Shown here piece after piece: positions 38,613 to 48,651 of a DNA stretch of 64,000 bases (its first letter is position 1; each line of letters starts with the position of its first letter). The DNA is taken from positions 1,253,905 through 1,317,904 of the forward strand of contig NZ_JAVYAA010000001.1 in NCBI RefSeq assembly GCF_032337355.1. The letters are read 5' to 3'. The DNA is from Paenibacillus suaedae. GTDB taxonomy: Bacteria; Bacillota; Bacilli; Paenibacillales; Paenibacillaceae. The notes beneath the pieces are model-generated. The model worked only from the letters and a program-made list of their open reading frames with translations. It was not told the origin of the DNA and did no database searches. The translations under genes and the position numbers were made by a program.

Positions 38613-38695
38613 CCCTTGAACAGGAAACTGAACTGTGACCCTTAACGTCAATGTCATTACTCTATTAACTTAATGACATTGACTTGACGGGGTAC
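38613..38695. repeat. long imperfect palindrome (about 36-bp arms, 11-nt loop)
   Basis: ggaaactgaactgtgacccttaacgtcaatgtcatta / taatgacattgacttgacggggtacagttcagtcc. Confidence 0.7.
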
Positions 38696-38941
38696 AGTTC
38701 AGTCCTAGTCCGCCGATGCTTCTTATTACGGGGTCAGTCTAAAACTTATTTTACAGAGGCGCCGATTTTGCAATTCAAAAGCCGCATAGGATCAACAACC
38801 TCGGTACAATAGTATATTTTCCCGTGACAATTACGGTGCTGGTTTATTGAACTAACCGTGCCTGTTAGTTTCATGAATACAGTTATAGAAGATCATGAAC
38901 AGAGTAAAAATACTCTCATCATGAGTGATTTGTCTACTTCA

Positions 38942-39508
38942 TTACAACTCGGTAATCGGGATGAACGGTTCGGGCTTGTTTGTGTGATCGCCTATCATTT
39001 TCTCCATCCAGATCATATCGTACCACTGATCAAATTTGTAAGCGCATTTGGTGAAATGAGCTACCTTCTTATAGCCTAGATGGCTGTGGAATTTCTCGCT
39101 GCCGTTGTCCAAAAATTCATTCGGCTCACATGGATAAGAGATACATGCGTTCACGTTAATAACATTCTGCCGCTTCAAGGCGTCCTCCAAAGCATAATAC
39201 AGCTTCTTGCCTAGTCCAGCTCCGCGACAATCCTGCCGTAGATACACGCTTGTTTCAACTGACCAGTCATACGCAGCACGGCCTTTAAAGACAGATGCAT
39301 ATGCATATCCGCAGATTCTCTCGTTTTGAATGATTACTAGATAGGGGTATCTTTGCAGCGTTTGCCGAATTCGATTTGCAAATTCTTGGACAGTTGGTAC
39401 GGTATACTCGAACGTGATAGCCGTATCGGTGACATAGGGAGCGTAGATGTGTAACAGCTCCTGCGCATCAGCTTCTTCTGCCATGCGAATGTAAATATCT
39501 TGGTTCAT
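38942..39508 (-). CDS. GNAT family N-acetyltransferase
   Basis: RGAGLGKKLYYALEDALKRQNV acetyl-CoA-binding motif. Confidence 0.7.
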   Translation of the reverse strand: MNQDIYIRMAEEADAQELLHIYAPYVTDTAITFEYTVPTVQEFANRIRQTLQRYPYLVIIQNERICGYAYASVFKGRAAYDWSVETSVYLRQDCRGAGLGKKLYYALEDALKRQNVINVNACISYPCEPNEFLDNGSEKFHSHLGYKKVAHFTKCAYKFDQWYDMIWMEKMIGDHTNKPEPFIPITEL

Positions 39509-39878
39509 AAACGCTCGCCTTTCTATTAATGTTGTCGTAGTCTATGTGTTCATGATTTTAGCATAATTCTCAGTAACGTACATCATTTTCACTGCTCTTG
39601 ATTGGTTTACAATGCTAGGAGACTGCACAGAGTGAAGACATGTGGGAGCTAGGAGCAGCTTGTGCAGATGCAGCAGTAGGAGGTTGCAAGGACGTTGCCA
39701 TCGAGCCACTGATGTATGCTCTGTCCGGCACACTGAAATACTGGAGAATTATTAGATACGATGATTTTCGCCGATTCTCTATTAGGGAGTCGGTTTTTTT
39801 TTGTAATTTAAAATATTTTTACTGAACATCGTCTTTTTGATGATTCATATCGTTAATAGAGATGAGGGGGGGAGTACT

Positions 39879-40457
39879 GTGCTTTCCGATGAGGAGCTAA
39901 TTACAGAAATACGAAGCGGCAGCCAAGCTGCAATGGAGATGCTGGTCAAGCGGCATTACGCGATGATCTTCTCATACATCTATCGCAAGATCGGGAACCA
40001 TCATACTGCATATGATCTGACGCAAGAAGTATTCATCAAGATGATGCAATCGCTGCCCAGCTATCAGAGCCATGGCAAGTTCGAACATTGGCTGCTGAAA
40101 ATTGCTGTTAATCACTGTCTAGACTACTACCGCAGCAAACAGTATCGTAACTCGCATGTCCAAGCTGAACTGGACGAGACGATTCCGGATGCTCATAGCA
40201 ACGTATGGGACTTATTCCAGTTGCATGACCAGCAGGAACAAGCGAAGCAGGCTGTGCTCGCTCTGCCGGAACATCAGCGAGATGCTATCATTCTCAATTA
40301 TTATCATGGGCTTAAGATACGAGAGATTGCGGATGTGACGGGAGCAAATGAATCGACCATTAAATCTCGTATTCGTTCGGGAATTTCAAGGCTGAAGAAA
40401 ATGCTGCTAGGAGAGGAGGAATCGAGCGATGAGCAAGCGGAGAGAAAACAAGGGTAA
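39879..40457 (+). CDS. ECF (sigma-70 family) RNA polymerase sigma factor
   Basis: Likely GTG start after RBS GAGGGGGGGAG. Region 2 YDLTQEVFIKM and region 4 IADVTGANESTIKSRIRSG are present. Confidence 0.7.
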   Translation: MLSDEELITEIRSGSQAAMEMLVKRHYAMIFSYIYRKIGNHHTAYDLTQEVFIKMMQSLPSYQSHGKFEHWLLKIAVNHCLDYYRSKQYRNSHVQAELDETIPDAHSNVWDLFQLHDQQEQAKQAVLALPEHQRDAIILNYYHGLKIREIADVTGANESTIKSRIRSGISRLKKMLLGEEESSDEQAERKQG

Positions 40458-41310
40458 GTCAGTTTGGGAGGAGGACATGGAGAAAGCGGACGATCTTGAT
40501 GCAGAGCTGTGGATGCTTGAATCGGTATTACAGCAATACCGTGTGGAACTGCCCGAGGAACAGCGAATCAATACTACCATTGACGTACTGCGACAATATG
40601 TCCCTGATATAAGCGAAAACCCGCGGGAAGTATCAATGATGAGCTATTGGCGACGATGGATCAACCTGTGGAAGATAGCTGCTGCTGATATTGGCATGTT
40701 CAGTAAGCTGTACTGGATAAGTTGTCTTATTTTGTTCGGGGCAGGGGGATGGATGGGTGTGACTGTTCAGCAGATGCCTGCTATCGTAGTCATTCTTTTT
40801 TCACCGCTTCCGTTCGTGATTGGGTTATTAGAAGTGTTCAAGGGAAGGGAGCAGGGGGTTCTGGAAATGGAGCTGGCCTGCAAAGTTTCTGCACAGGAGC
40901 TAATGCTATCGCGTCTGCTTTTTATCGTAATGAATAGTCTTATTCTGAACACCTGCTTATCTGGCCTAGTATATCTTGTTCGTGGCGATATTTCATTTTG
41001 GGGTCTAACGTGGACTTGGTTTACACCGTTTATCATCGTTGCTAGCTCATCTCTATGGCTGGCTATGCGTATCCGATGTACCGTCAGTTCGATGGTGACA
41101 ATAAGCATATGGATGGCTGTCGGAATGATCTTACTCACACGTCCGGATATGCTAACGCGCATGATGGATTTACATATACTCATTACGATTTTGGTTAATG
41201 CAGGTGCAGTGTATCTTCTATTCAGACAAGGGTGGAAGCTGCTGCGAAATCACACCTTTATTGCGGAAGGAAGCTTAAGCTATGGAGCTAACGATTCAGA
41301 ATATTTCTAA
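40429..41310 (+). CDS. polytopic membrane protein, probable anti-sigma factor
   Basis: Overlaps the sigma gene. Six or more TM helices. Confidence 0.5.
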   Translation: MSKRRENKGKSVWEEDMEKADDLDAELWMLESVLQQYRVELPEEQRINTTIDVLRQYVPDISENPREVSMMSYWRRWINLWKIAAADIGMFSKLYWISCLILFGAGGWMGVTVQQMPAIVVILFSPLPFVIGLLEVFKGREQGVLEMELACKVSAQELMLSRLLFIVMNSLILNTCLSGLVYLVRGDISFWGLTWTWFTPFIIVASSSLWLAMRIRCTVSSMVTISIWMAVGMILLTRPDMLTRMMDLHILITILVNAGAVYLLFRQGWKLLRNHTFIAEGSLSYGANDSEYF

Positions 41311-42151
41311 ACAATTCAAAGAGCTTGTTGCCGTCAATCAATTTACTGCTGAATTAAGCTGCGGTGTATATGGCTTGCTGGGCCCGAATGGAGCGGGAAA
41401 GACAACATTGCTGCGCATGCTTGCGGATATTCTGCGTCCAACTAGCGGCATGATTCGGTTGAATGGGCAGGATATACGAACGATGGAAGAGCGTTATCGG
41501 GATGTCCTCGGCTATTTGCCCCAGCAATTTGGATACTACAGGCAGTTCACTGGGCGACGATTTCTCATGTACATTGCGGCGTTAAAAGGGCTTGAAAAAA
41601 GGGCTGCAGCTACAAAGGTCGAGGAAGTTCTTCAACTGGTCGGTCTTGGTTATGAAGCAGACTCTAAAATAAAATCCTACTCCGGAGGTATGCGGCAGCG
41701 GCTCGGTATAGCGCAAGCATTATTGAATGATCCGAAGGTGCTCATCCTGGACGAGCCTACTGCCGGACTTGATCCAACAGAACGAATTCGTTTTCGCAAT
41801 ATATTATCGGAAATGTCCGCAAATCGGATCATCCTGTTATCAACTCATATTGTGTCGGATATCGAGTACGTTGCCAAAGATGTGCTGCTTATGAAACAAG
41901 GATACCTGCTCAAGCAAGATAGGCTCGTCTCTTTATTAAAAGAATTGAAGGAATCGGTATGGAAGGTCACGGTTGATGAAAATCAGCTCCCCGTCTTGAA
42001 ACAGCGTTACAAGATAGTCAATATCCTTCGCCGTGACAGTGGGGTTGAGGTTCGTATCCTGTCTCCAGACAAGCCGCTGCTGACAGCTCAGCCAGTGACG
42101 GCAGGATTGGAAGACCTATATTTTCATTATTTTAATGAGGAGATTATGTAA
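41282..42151 (+). CDS. ABC transporter ATP-binding protein (BcrA-like)
   Basis: GPNGAGKTT, SGGMRQRLGIAQALL, LILDEPTAGLD. Confidence 0.85.
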   Translation: MELTIQNISKQFKELVAVNQFTAELSCGVYGLLGPNGAGKTTLLRMLADILRPTSGMIRLNGQDIRTMEERYRDVLGYLPQQFGYYRQFTGRRFLMYIAALKGLEKRAAATKVEEVLQLVGLGYEADSKIKSYSGGMRQRLGIAQALLNDPKVLILDEPTAGLDPTERIRFRNILSEMSANRIILLSTHIVSDIEYVAKDVLLMKQGYLLKQDRLVSLLKELKESVWKVTVDENQLPVLKQRYKIVNILRRDSGVEVRILSPDKPLLTAQPVTAGLEDLYFHYFNEEIM

Positions 42152-43278
42152 TGAGACAGTTATTGAGGTACGAGCTGTTGAAGATCGTATGGCGCAAGAG
42201 CGTATTTGTTGTTGGTCTATTAATTGCAGCTATCTATACGGTGGTTATTGCATTTCATGCTGAATATTATCAAGATGGGTCAAAAGAATACCGCTCATAT
42301 GCGCGTGAGATTACAGCAGAAGATATTCAGCGGGTGGATGAAAGATACAAGAGGAGCAACTGGCATCAGCTGCCGATTCAAGAAAAAAGTATTATGGAGG
42401 ATATCTCAGGAATACCCAATATGCTGCATAAATATGAACAGAAACTGATCGATATCGACATGCGGCTCATGCTAAGCAAGCCTGACTCATACGAATATAA
42501 ACAAAACAAATTACAAGAAAAACTACTGTCGGAGCAAGGGCCGCCAACCGCTCAATTATACTATAATATGCCATGGGGCGAATTGATCTATATGGTCGAT
42601 CAATTTGGTGTTGCCTTCATGGGAGCCATGCTTCTCATCGGACTTTCTCCAATCTATTCAGAAGAATATACTAGGAGGATGGACAGCTTGCTCTTAAGCA
42701 GCAGACATGGGCGAAGCAAGCTTATTCATGCAAAATGCTTAGCAGCTATTCTGTACACCTTGTTGTGTGTCCTGGTATTTCAGCTGATCAATATGGGGGT
42801 AACGGCCTTGTTGTTTGGCAACTTGGATGGAGCCACCACACCTCTTGATAGTATGAGAAGGTATGGAGACACACGTCCTTTTGCAGAATATCCGTATTCA
42901 TTCACCGTGTTAGAGTACTATTTTATTCAATTAGGGGTGCAAACCATTGGCTGTGCAGCATTTGCGATTGCCGTGACGTTTATTTCCTCACTTAGCCGTT
43001 CATCGTTGGTCACGATGTTGCTAGCGGGGGGCGTACTTGGAATTCCCTATCTACTATTGGATGTTCGTAATATTCGTTATCCGATTATCGAATGGATGGT
43101 GACATTCGGCTACAGTCAGTTTATCCGGGTTACACATCTTTTCAACAGTTTCCGTACAGTTAATCTCTTTGGGGAGCCTATCCTATATCCGATAGCTGCA
43201 TTAGCAGCTCTTTTGGCAGTGACGGCCGTCTTTGTATGGGGAACAACCTTGTTATTCCGACGTCGGCAAGCATGGTAG
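42151..43278 (+). CDS. ABC-2 type transporter permease
   Basis: ATGA overlap. Six TM helices. Confidence 0.7.
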   Translation: MRQLLRYELLKIVWRKSVFVVGLLIAAIYTVVIAFHAEYYQDGSKEYRSYAREITAEDIQRVDERYKRSNWHQLPIQEKSIMEDISGIPNMLHKYEQKLIDIDMRLMLSKPDSYEYKQNKLQEKLLSEQGPPTAQLYYNMPWGELIYMVDQFGVAFMGAMLLIGLSPIYSEEYTRRMDSLLLSSRHGRSKLIHAKCLAAILYTLLCVLVFQLINMGVTALLFGNLDGATTPLDSMRRYGDTRPFAEYPYSFTVLEYYFIQLGVQTIGCAAFAIAVTFISSLSRSSLVTMLLAGGVLGIPYLLLDVRNIRYPIIEWMVTFGYSQFIRVTHLFNSFRTVNLFGEPILYPIAALAALLAVTAVFVWGTTLLFRRRQAW

Positions 43279-43355
43279 TGGTGACAGAGGATGTTGGCTA
43301 GGTCTTGAGGGCTGTTGAACAAGGAAAATGATGATTATAAAGGGGAAAACATTCG

Positions 43356-44111
43356 TTGAGTGCCAATCAAAAAGCTATTGAATTAAATCCTTCATCTCAT
43401 TTTTCTTACAATATTTTGGGGGAAATTTATGTTGAGAAGGAAATGTGGCAACAGGCCGCAGATGCCTTGAACCAATCTTTGATCATACACCCTTCAAATG
43501 AAGCTTATAACAATTTGGCTATTGCCAAATATCATCTTGGACAAATACAAGAAGCTTCAGACTTTTTCCTTCAATGTTCCCGAAATTCTGATTATGCAAT
43601 GTACAGTCATGTTAAGTGCTTAATCGAGCTTGGGAGAAAAATTGAAGCGAAGAAGAAATTAGATGTATTTTCTGAAGATGATGATGATTTTGTCGGTGAT
43701 GTAGAAGTTGCAGAGTTATATCTTGAATTAGGCTGTTTCAATGAGTCTATTTATTGGTTTTACAAAGGTTGGGGACAGTATTGGAAAACACCAGACTGGG
43801 TTAGTAGATTCGTATACGCTTTATGTAAAACCCAAAATGAAAATCGAGCTCGTGACATCTTGAATGAAGTAATTCAACAAAAAATTGAGGAAATAAAAGA
43901 AGCTCATAAAGATGATTGTGACGAGGATTGGACAGAAAGGGAGAAAGAAGAGCACATCAAGCAATTGCTTGATGAGAAAAAAGAATATGAGCATATGTTT
44001 GAGAAAATTTCATTAGGATTTATTCCCTCGATGGAATTTAACACTTCAATGAGCTCGGGCTGTTACTTGTTCGGATGTAAACGACACAATCACCCAGAGT
44101 ACCAAGAATAA
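43356..44111 (+). CDS. TPR-repeat protein
   Basis: TTG start. Helical 34-residue repeats. Confidence 0.5.
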   Translation: MSANQKAIELNPSSHFSYNILGEIYVEKEMWQQAADALNQSLIIHPSNEAYNNLAIAKYHLGQIQEASDFFLQCSRNSDYAMYSHVKCLIELGRKIEAKKKLDVFSEDDDDFVGDVEVAELYLELGCFNESIYWFYKGWGQYWKTPDWVSRFVYALCKTQNENRARDILNEVIQQKIEEIKEAHKDDCDEDWTEREKEEHIKQLLDEKKEYEHMFEKISLGFIPSMEFNTSMSSGCYLFGCKRHNHPEYQE

Positions 44112-44132
44112 AAAGAAAAGTTGATTTGATGG

Positions 44133-44162
44133 GCTACACATAAGATGATAGCCCATTTTTTG
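44133..44162 (+). terminator. rho-independent terminator
   Basis: tgggcta-cacataagatga-tagccca followed by TTTTTT. Confidence 0.75.
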
Positions 44163-44346
44163 TTGATTATTAGCAATCCTCATTTTGGGCTGGCATTGCT
44201 TCAATTCCACCATTTGCGATACGTTACCATTTGGAGAAGTACGATGTATCCGTATCACCAAGAAGTCTTTTCCTGTCTGAAATTTACTGTTGACAATCCA
44301 ATATATATAATAAAGGAAAACAGGGTGTTTAAAAGGAGATGACGAA

Positions 44347-45276
44347 TTGGTGAGTGTAATCAGCAAAGAGATATTTAAATTAGAGCGTAAAAGATTTTTT
44401 AAGAAACCTATCATTTTTATCGCCTACAATGACGGTTTCTATTTTCAAAATCCAAGAAGTAGCGAAAAAGTAAACTTCGAGAATATAATTAATATCTTCA
44501 TCGCAGAGCCTTACAGATTATGCGAAAAAAGCTTTGTCATATTATACAAAAGTGCCGATGGAGAAGAATGGAGATTAGATTTAACAAAGTCTTTATTAGG
44601 CAGGGGTGTAGAAAAGCTTGAAAAATTGTTTGAACAAGAATGGAGGCCACTTTTAAGCAATAAAGAAACAAGTGAGACAATTAAATGGTTTAATGCGGCA
44701 TATGCTATTTTTGCTGTAGCAACTTGGAGGGATTTGGGAGTGTTTGGCGGAGTGGTTCCTACCGAAGGGGCTAAAGAAGAGCAATTTTCTATTTTAGCAG
44801 CAGATTGGGGAATTGAATCCAGAGAAGAAGCAGATGAAGTTATGGAATTATTATTTTCCGGCAAGACGAATGTACAGTACATAGAAGAATTAAAAAAATC
44901 CAAAGAAGTAGCAGACCCATTTAGATATGAATTGTGTCATGTTATAAAAGAAAAAATGGGCGATAAAGGGGTTTTGGCTTGGGATTTAGTTAGACTTATC
45001 CATGTGGCTTCCATGTGCTATATTGCAGGTATCTATACGAAAGAAGAAGCATTGGATCTATGTTTACAAGCTGCAGAAATACTGCAAAGAGTTTATTCGA
45101 GTTTTGATGAAATGGGGCAGAGCTACTTGCTTGGATATAGTTTTTGGTCTAAAGAGGACTTGAATGGAAAAACGAATGATGCAAGAGAACGCAAAGATAT
45201 TCATGAAATGTTATTAAAATTAGAAAACGGCCCATATAGCTTAGACTTTCATCTTCCATTGAACAAAGACTGGTAA
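44347..45276 (+). CDS. hypothetical protein (DUF1266-like)
   Basis: 309-aa ORF. Confidence 0.45.
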   Translation: MVSVISKEIFKLERKRFFKKPIIFIAYNDGFYFQNPRSSEKVNFENIINIFIAEPYRLCEKSFVILYKSADGEEWRLDLTKSLLGRGVEKLEKLFEQEWRPLLSNKETSETIKWFNAAYAIFAVATWRDLGVFGGVVPTEGAKEEQFSILAADWGIESREEADEVMELLFSGKTNVQYIEELKKSKEVADPFRYELCHVIKEKMGDKGVLAWDLVRLIHVASMCYIAGIYTKEEALDLCLQAAEILQRVYSSFDEMGQSYLLGYSFWSKEDLNGKTNDARERKDIHEMLLKLENGPYSLDFHLPLNKDW

Positions 45277-45296
45277 TTATGAAAGGATTCGATTAG

Positions 45297-46289
45297 TTGC
45301 AAAACAAAAATTCGTGGCCCATTTCCACGCCGGATCAGTATAATATGGATCAGGAATACATAGAGAAGTTCGGAAAAGCTGTAAAGAAAACGAAAGTTAA
45401 GAGCTGTTTGATTCTAAAGGAAGGTACATTAATCTATCAGTATTACAAAAACAATAAGATTAGAGACAACCTTCAGCGGATTAATTCATGTACCAAAAGT
45501 ATTATTTCCATATTAATTGGGATAGCGATAGAGGAAGGATTTATACCTTCGGTTAATATCACCATGGAGCATTATTTTCCTGATATCGTAAACAATCAAG
45601 CAGATATACGCAAGAAAGACATTACTATTGAGCATCTACTGACGATGAGCGTTGGGTTGGATTGGCCGGAGTTCGGTGAATGGAACTATATGCCCCCTAT
45701 GTTTACCCACGATGTAGTAAAGTTTGTATTTGACAGGGAGTTAGTAGATGATCCGGGAAAACGAATGAACTACAATTCGGGATGTTCCCATGTGCTTTCC
45801 GCTATTTTAACCAAAGCCACCGGCATGAAGACTTCGGCATTTGCAGAGCAGTATTTGTTTACACCTTTAGGCATAGACGGGGATTACCATTGGTTTGAGG
45901 ATGCGAAAGGCATTAGTTATGGCTCTGATGGTCTAAGGTTACATCCGTATAATTTAGCTAAGTTCGGTCAGCTTTACTTGCAAGATGGTATATGGAAGGG
46001 CAAGAGAATTGTATCTGCGGAATGGATTAAGAAATCTACGGAGCCTTACTTGTTAACCTATGAAAATATTGGTTATTATGCTTCTCATTGGTGGGTAGCA
46101 AAGCTAGATACTAATCAGGATGATTTTTCTTTGAACAACAGGATGTACTTTGCAATGGGGAGAAACGGACAATTTATTATTATCATTCCAAGTTTGCAAA
46201 CGGTAGTCGTGTTTACAAGCACATTGGACAATACCATCAGACCTTTGGATTTTGTACGCGAATACATTGTTAAGTCGATGGTTAAATAA
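45297..46289 (+). CDS. serine hydrolase of the beta-lactamase/PBP family
   Basis: SxxK motif SCTKS near the N-terminus. 330 aa. Confidence 0.6.
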   Translation: MQNKNSWPISTPDQYNMDQEYIEKFGKAVKKTKVKSCLILKEGTLIYQYYKNNKIRDNLQRINSCTKSIISILIGIAIEEGFIPSVNITMEHYFPDIVNNQADIRKKDITIEHLLTMSVGLDWPEFGEWNYMPPMFTHDVVKFVFDRELVDDPGKRMNYNSGCSHVLSAILTKATGMKTSAFAEQYLFTPLGIDGDYHWFEDAKGISYGSDGLRLHPYNLAKFGQLYLQDGIWKGKRIVSAEWIKKSTEPYLLTYENIGYYASHWWVAKLDTNQDDFSLNNRMYFAMGRNGQFIIIIPSLQTVVVFTSTLDNTIRPLDFVREYIVKSMVK

Positions 46290-46383
46290 ATGACTAAATC
46301 ATAGGGAAATAATTATTCTGCGCAAAAACAGCCAGCGATTTCTTCGCTTTAAGTTGTAAAGCAGATAAATATTTGTCATTCAA

Positions 46384-46399
46384 CTCACGGGTACTTTAG
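46384..46399 (+). repeat. CTAACGGGCAG-family motif copy (ctcacgggtactttag)
   Basis: Variant of the array motif. Confidence 0.5.
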
Positions 46400-46420
46400 T
46401 ATAACTATTGAGTATGTAAG

Positions 46421-46669
46421 GTGGACGGGTTTGGGGGATATTTAGCCGATAGTTCAAAGCCATTCCCTAATTTCTTTCCAGTTGGACTATTTACAACACG
46501 CGAATTAGCTATTAACCAAATTGAAGCCATGCCCAGAGATAATAATTATCAGCTACTTCGGATGCCGATAAATAAAGACTTTTCGTATTTCCATAAAAAG
46601 AGTGGAAAGTTAGTTGGAATGGATGCTATTCATCACGAACATTTTCATTATAAAGACGAGTCAAATTAA
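46421..46669 (+). CDS. small hypothetical protein
   Basis: 82-aa ORF. Start uncertain. Confidence 0.35.
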   Translation: MDGFGGYLADSSKPFPNFFPVGLFTTRELAINQIEAMPRDNNYQLLRMPINKDFSYFHKKSGKLVGMDAIHHEHFHYKDESN

Positions 46670-46676
46670 TCATTAA

Positions 46677-46694
46677 GCTAACGGGCAGTTTAGC
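46677..46694 (+). repeat. array motif copy (gctaacgggcagtttagc) 8 nt after stop
   Basis: Seen directly in the sequence. Confidence 0.6.
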
Positions 46695-46781
46695 TTGGGA
46701 AATGTTAAGCAATGTGATAGGGGAATTGGTCTATCTGTAGAATTAATAATCATTTATTGTTTATTTAGGAGACCTAACCTT

Positions 46782-47099
46782 ATGAAGCTTTTTGCGAAAG
46801 AAGTTAAGAAGATTGTAGTCAACAATTATGAGTTTCTTTGCGTAATCGACCAAAGATCTGAAAAGGACTTCATTAGTTTTAAAATATACCCGTCCGAGAC
46901 GAAAACATCGTATTTCTTAATATTATTTTCTTGGAAAATCAACTGGGCAACGAATCTTTGTCAACCGATTGTTTGTGCAAAGTTAATTCAACATGCCATA
47001 AGAAGTGGTTGGATCTATAATATTAAACGCTCTGTATTTAAGATTCAAAATGGAGACGATCTAATTGGTCAATTAGGTTTAGATCAGTTAGACCGATAA
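46782..47099 (+). CDS. small hypothetical protein
   Basis: RBS AGGAG before ATG 46782. Confidence 0.4.
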   Translation: MKLFAKEVKKIVVNNYEFLCVIDQRSEKDFISFKIYPSETKTSYFLILFSWKINWATNLCQPIVCAKLIQHAIRSGWIYNIKRSVFKIQNGDDLIGQLGLDQLDR

Positions 47100-47113
47100 C
47101 TCCAATCGGTTGA

Positions 47114-47130
47114 GCTGACGGGCAGGATAG
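47114..47130 (+). repeat. array motif copy (gctgacgggcaggatag)
   Basis: Seen directly in the sequence. Confidence 0.6.
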
Positions 47131-47433
47131 TTTAATGATTTCGCCGAATTCATCTTCAGAGGTGAAAAGAATATGAAAACTATATTTTTAGTTCAACATT
47201 CTTAAGAGGTCGGGGAAGATGTATGATGAGCCAGGTCTTAGGGATTATTTAGATGCTTTTTATATTAGTGAATATGAAATTGACAAAGATAATTGGACAG
47301 AAGGGTTTAGTAAATGGTCAGAAGCGAATGAACAAGTGAATGAGTAACTTGTTTCTACGTTGAACTAACGGAGAACGATAGTTGAATACAGACACGAAGG
47401 CAGCCGGTCATAATGATCGGATGCCTTTGTTTT

Positions 47434-47450
47434 ACTAACGGGCAGTTTAC
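47434..47450 (+). repeat. array motif copy (actaacgggcagtttac)
   Basis: Seen directly in the sequence. Confidence 0.6.
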
Positions 47451-47483
47451 TTCGAAAAGGTATGAAGAAAGGACTATTCTAAC

Positions 47484-47855
47484 ATGGAACACGTATCAAA
47501 TGTAGACAAGCAGGAATCAATAAAATCTTTGCAATCGACAATCAGTAAACTAGAGAATGCCTTGTCCCAGATGACTCAAAATGGTGCAAGTACTACTCTA
47601 GTGAAGAAACGGCTCAGAGCTATTTACATCGGCTTAGCTTTGCTAGAAAACGTTTGGAATCAAAGCCCCCATCATTATACCCAGGGAGATTTAGCAGAAG
47701 CTCGCAATGTTATTACTGGTTTATTTCCATCAATTGAAAACAGTTATGCTAAGTCAAAGACTGGTAGTCCCCAAAGAACACTCCTGGAAAGAAGAATTAA
47801 AGCGTTAGAACTAGCTGTTCAAGCGATTGACGAACTTTCCACTAATAACTCGTAA
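47484..47855 (+). CDS. hypothetical helical protein
   Basis: 123-aa ORF. Confidence 0.45.
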   Translation: MEHVSNVDKQESIKSLQSTISKLENALSQMTQNGASTTLVKKRLRAIYIGLALLENVWNQSPHHYTQGDLAEARNVITGLFPSIENSYAKSKTGSPQRTLLERRIKALELAVQAIDELSTNNS

Positions 47856-47888
47856 TATCAACGAAGCACCTCTAAGTTAACGGGACAC

Positions 47889-47907
47889 GATAGCTTAATA
47901 AATAACT
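47889..47907 (+). repeat. array motif copy (gttaacgggacacgatagc)
   Basis: Seen directly in the sequence. Confidence 0.55.
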
Positions 47908-47922
47908 AAAACGTGGCTGCCG

Positions 47923-47954
47923 TCATGGATCGGCAGCCACGTTGCGCTAACCGG
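47923..47954. repeat. perfect 12-bp-stem palindrome acgtggctgccg-tcatggat-cggcagccacgt
   Basis: A T tract follows only on the minus strand. Confidence 0.6.
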
Positions 47955-47957
47955 CAG

Positions 47958-47975
47958 GATAATGGTAATGGAATA
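47958..47975 (+). repeat. array motif copy (gctaaccggcaggataat)
   Basis: Seen directly in the sequence. Confidence 0.55.
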
Positions 47976-48069
47976 ATGAGGAATTACCTCGAATTTCAAA
48001 TAGGTGAGAAAAACAGAACATAATACTCGTCTATATAGATGTACCAACTTTATGAGGAAGGAGAAAGTT

Positions 48070-48651
48070 ATGAGCTGCAATCAGACAGATGATGATATCA
48101 TCACCCTTATTCTTCATGGTAAGCCCGAACGGTTCGCTGATTTGGTCAACAAATACAAACAGAAAGTGTATGGGATCTTAGTCGGGATGGGTGCGACCCA
48201 CGAGGATGCACAAGATACCGCCCAAGAGGCCTTCATGAAAGCATACCGTAATCTGGGGTCACATGAATCAGGCAAGAGCTTTGCCGCATGGCTATATACC
48301 ATTGTTGTTCGCACATTCCAGGATAAATTTAAGCGTAAAGCATTGACCCTGATTGAACTGGATACAGATAATTTCATAGAAGTGGATACGCCAGAACATA
48401 TCTACTTGAAAGCTGAGTCCGAAGCAGACATTCATCGCCTGATGTTGCAATTATCCGATATACAACGGCTGGTCTTATTATTGCGCTATACCGAAGAGCT
48501 TACTTATGAAGAAATGTGCGCTGTAACAGGGTTGAACATGCATCAAGTCAAAAATGCATTGTACCGTGGTAAACAATCACTAAAACGCCTCATCGAGCAG
48601 AAAGGAGCGTATGCATGTGGCACAGAATTGCATCAATCAAGAACGTATTGA
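48070..48651 (+). CDS. ECF sigma factor
   Basis: RBS GGAAGGAG. Regions 2 and 4 are recognisable (EEMCAVTGLNMHQVKNALYRGKQSLKRL). Confidence 0.7.
   Translation: MSCNQTDDDIITLILHGKPERFADLVNKYKQKVYGILVGMGATHEDAQDTAQEAFMKAYRNLGSHESGKSFAAWLYTIVVRTFQDKFKRKALTLIELDTDNFIEVDTPEHIYLKAESEADIHRLMLQLSDIQRLVLLLRYTEELTYEEMCAVTGLNMHQVKNALYRGKQSLKRLIEQKGAYACGTELHQSRTY

Noticed and set aside
47895-48080. 61-aa minus-strand ORF overlapping the palindrome upstream of the ECF sigma gene
   Set aside because: It is hydrophobic nonsense overlapping the array-motif/palindrome region, with no RBS.
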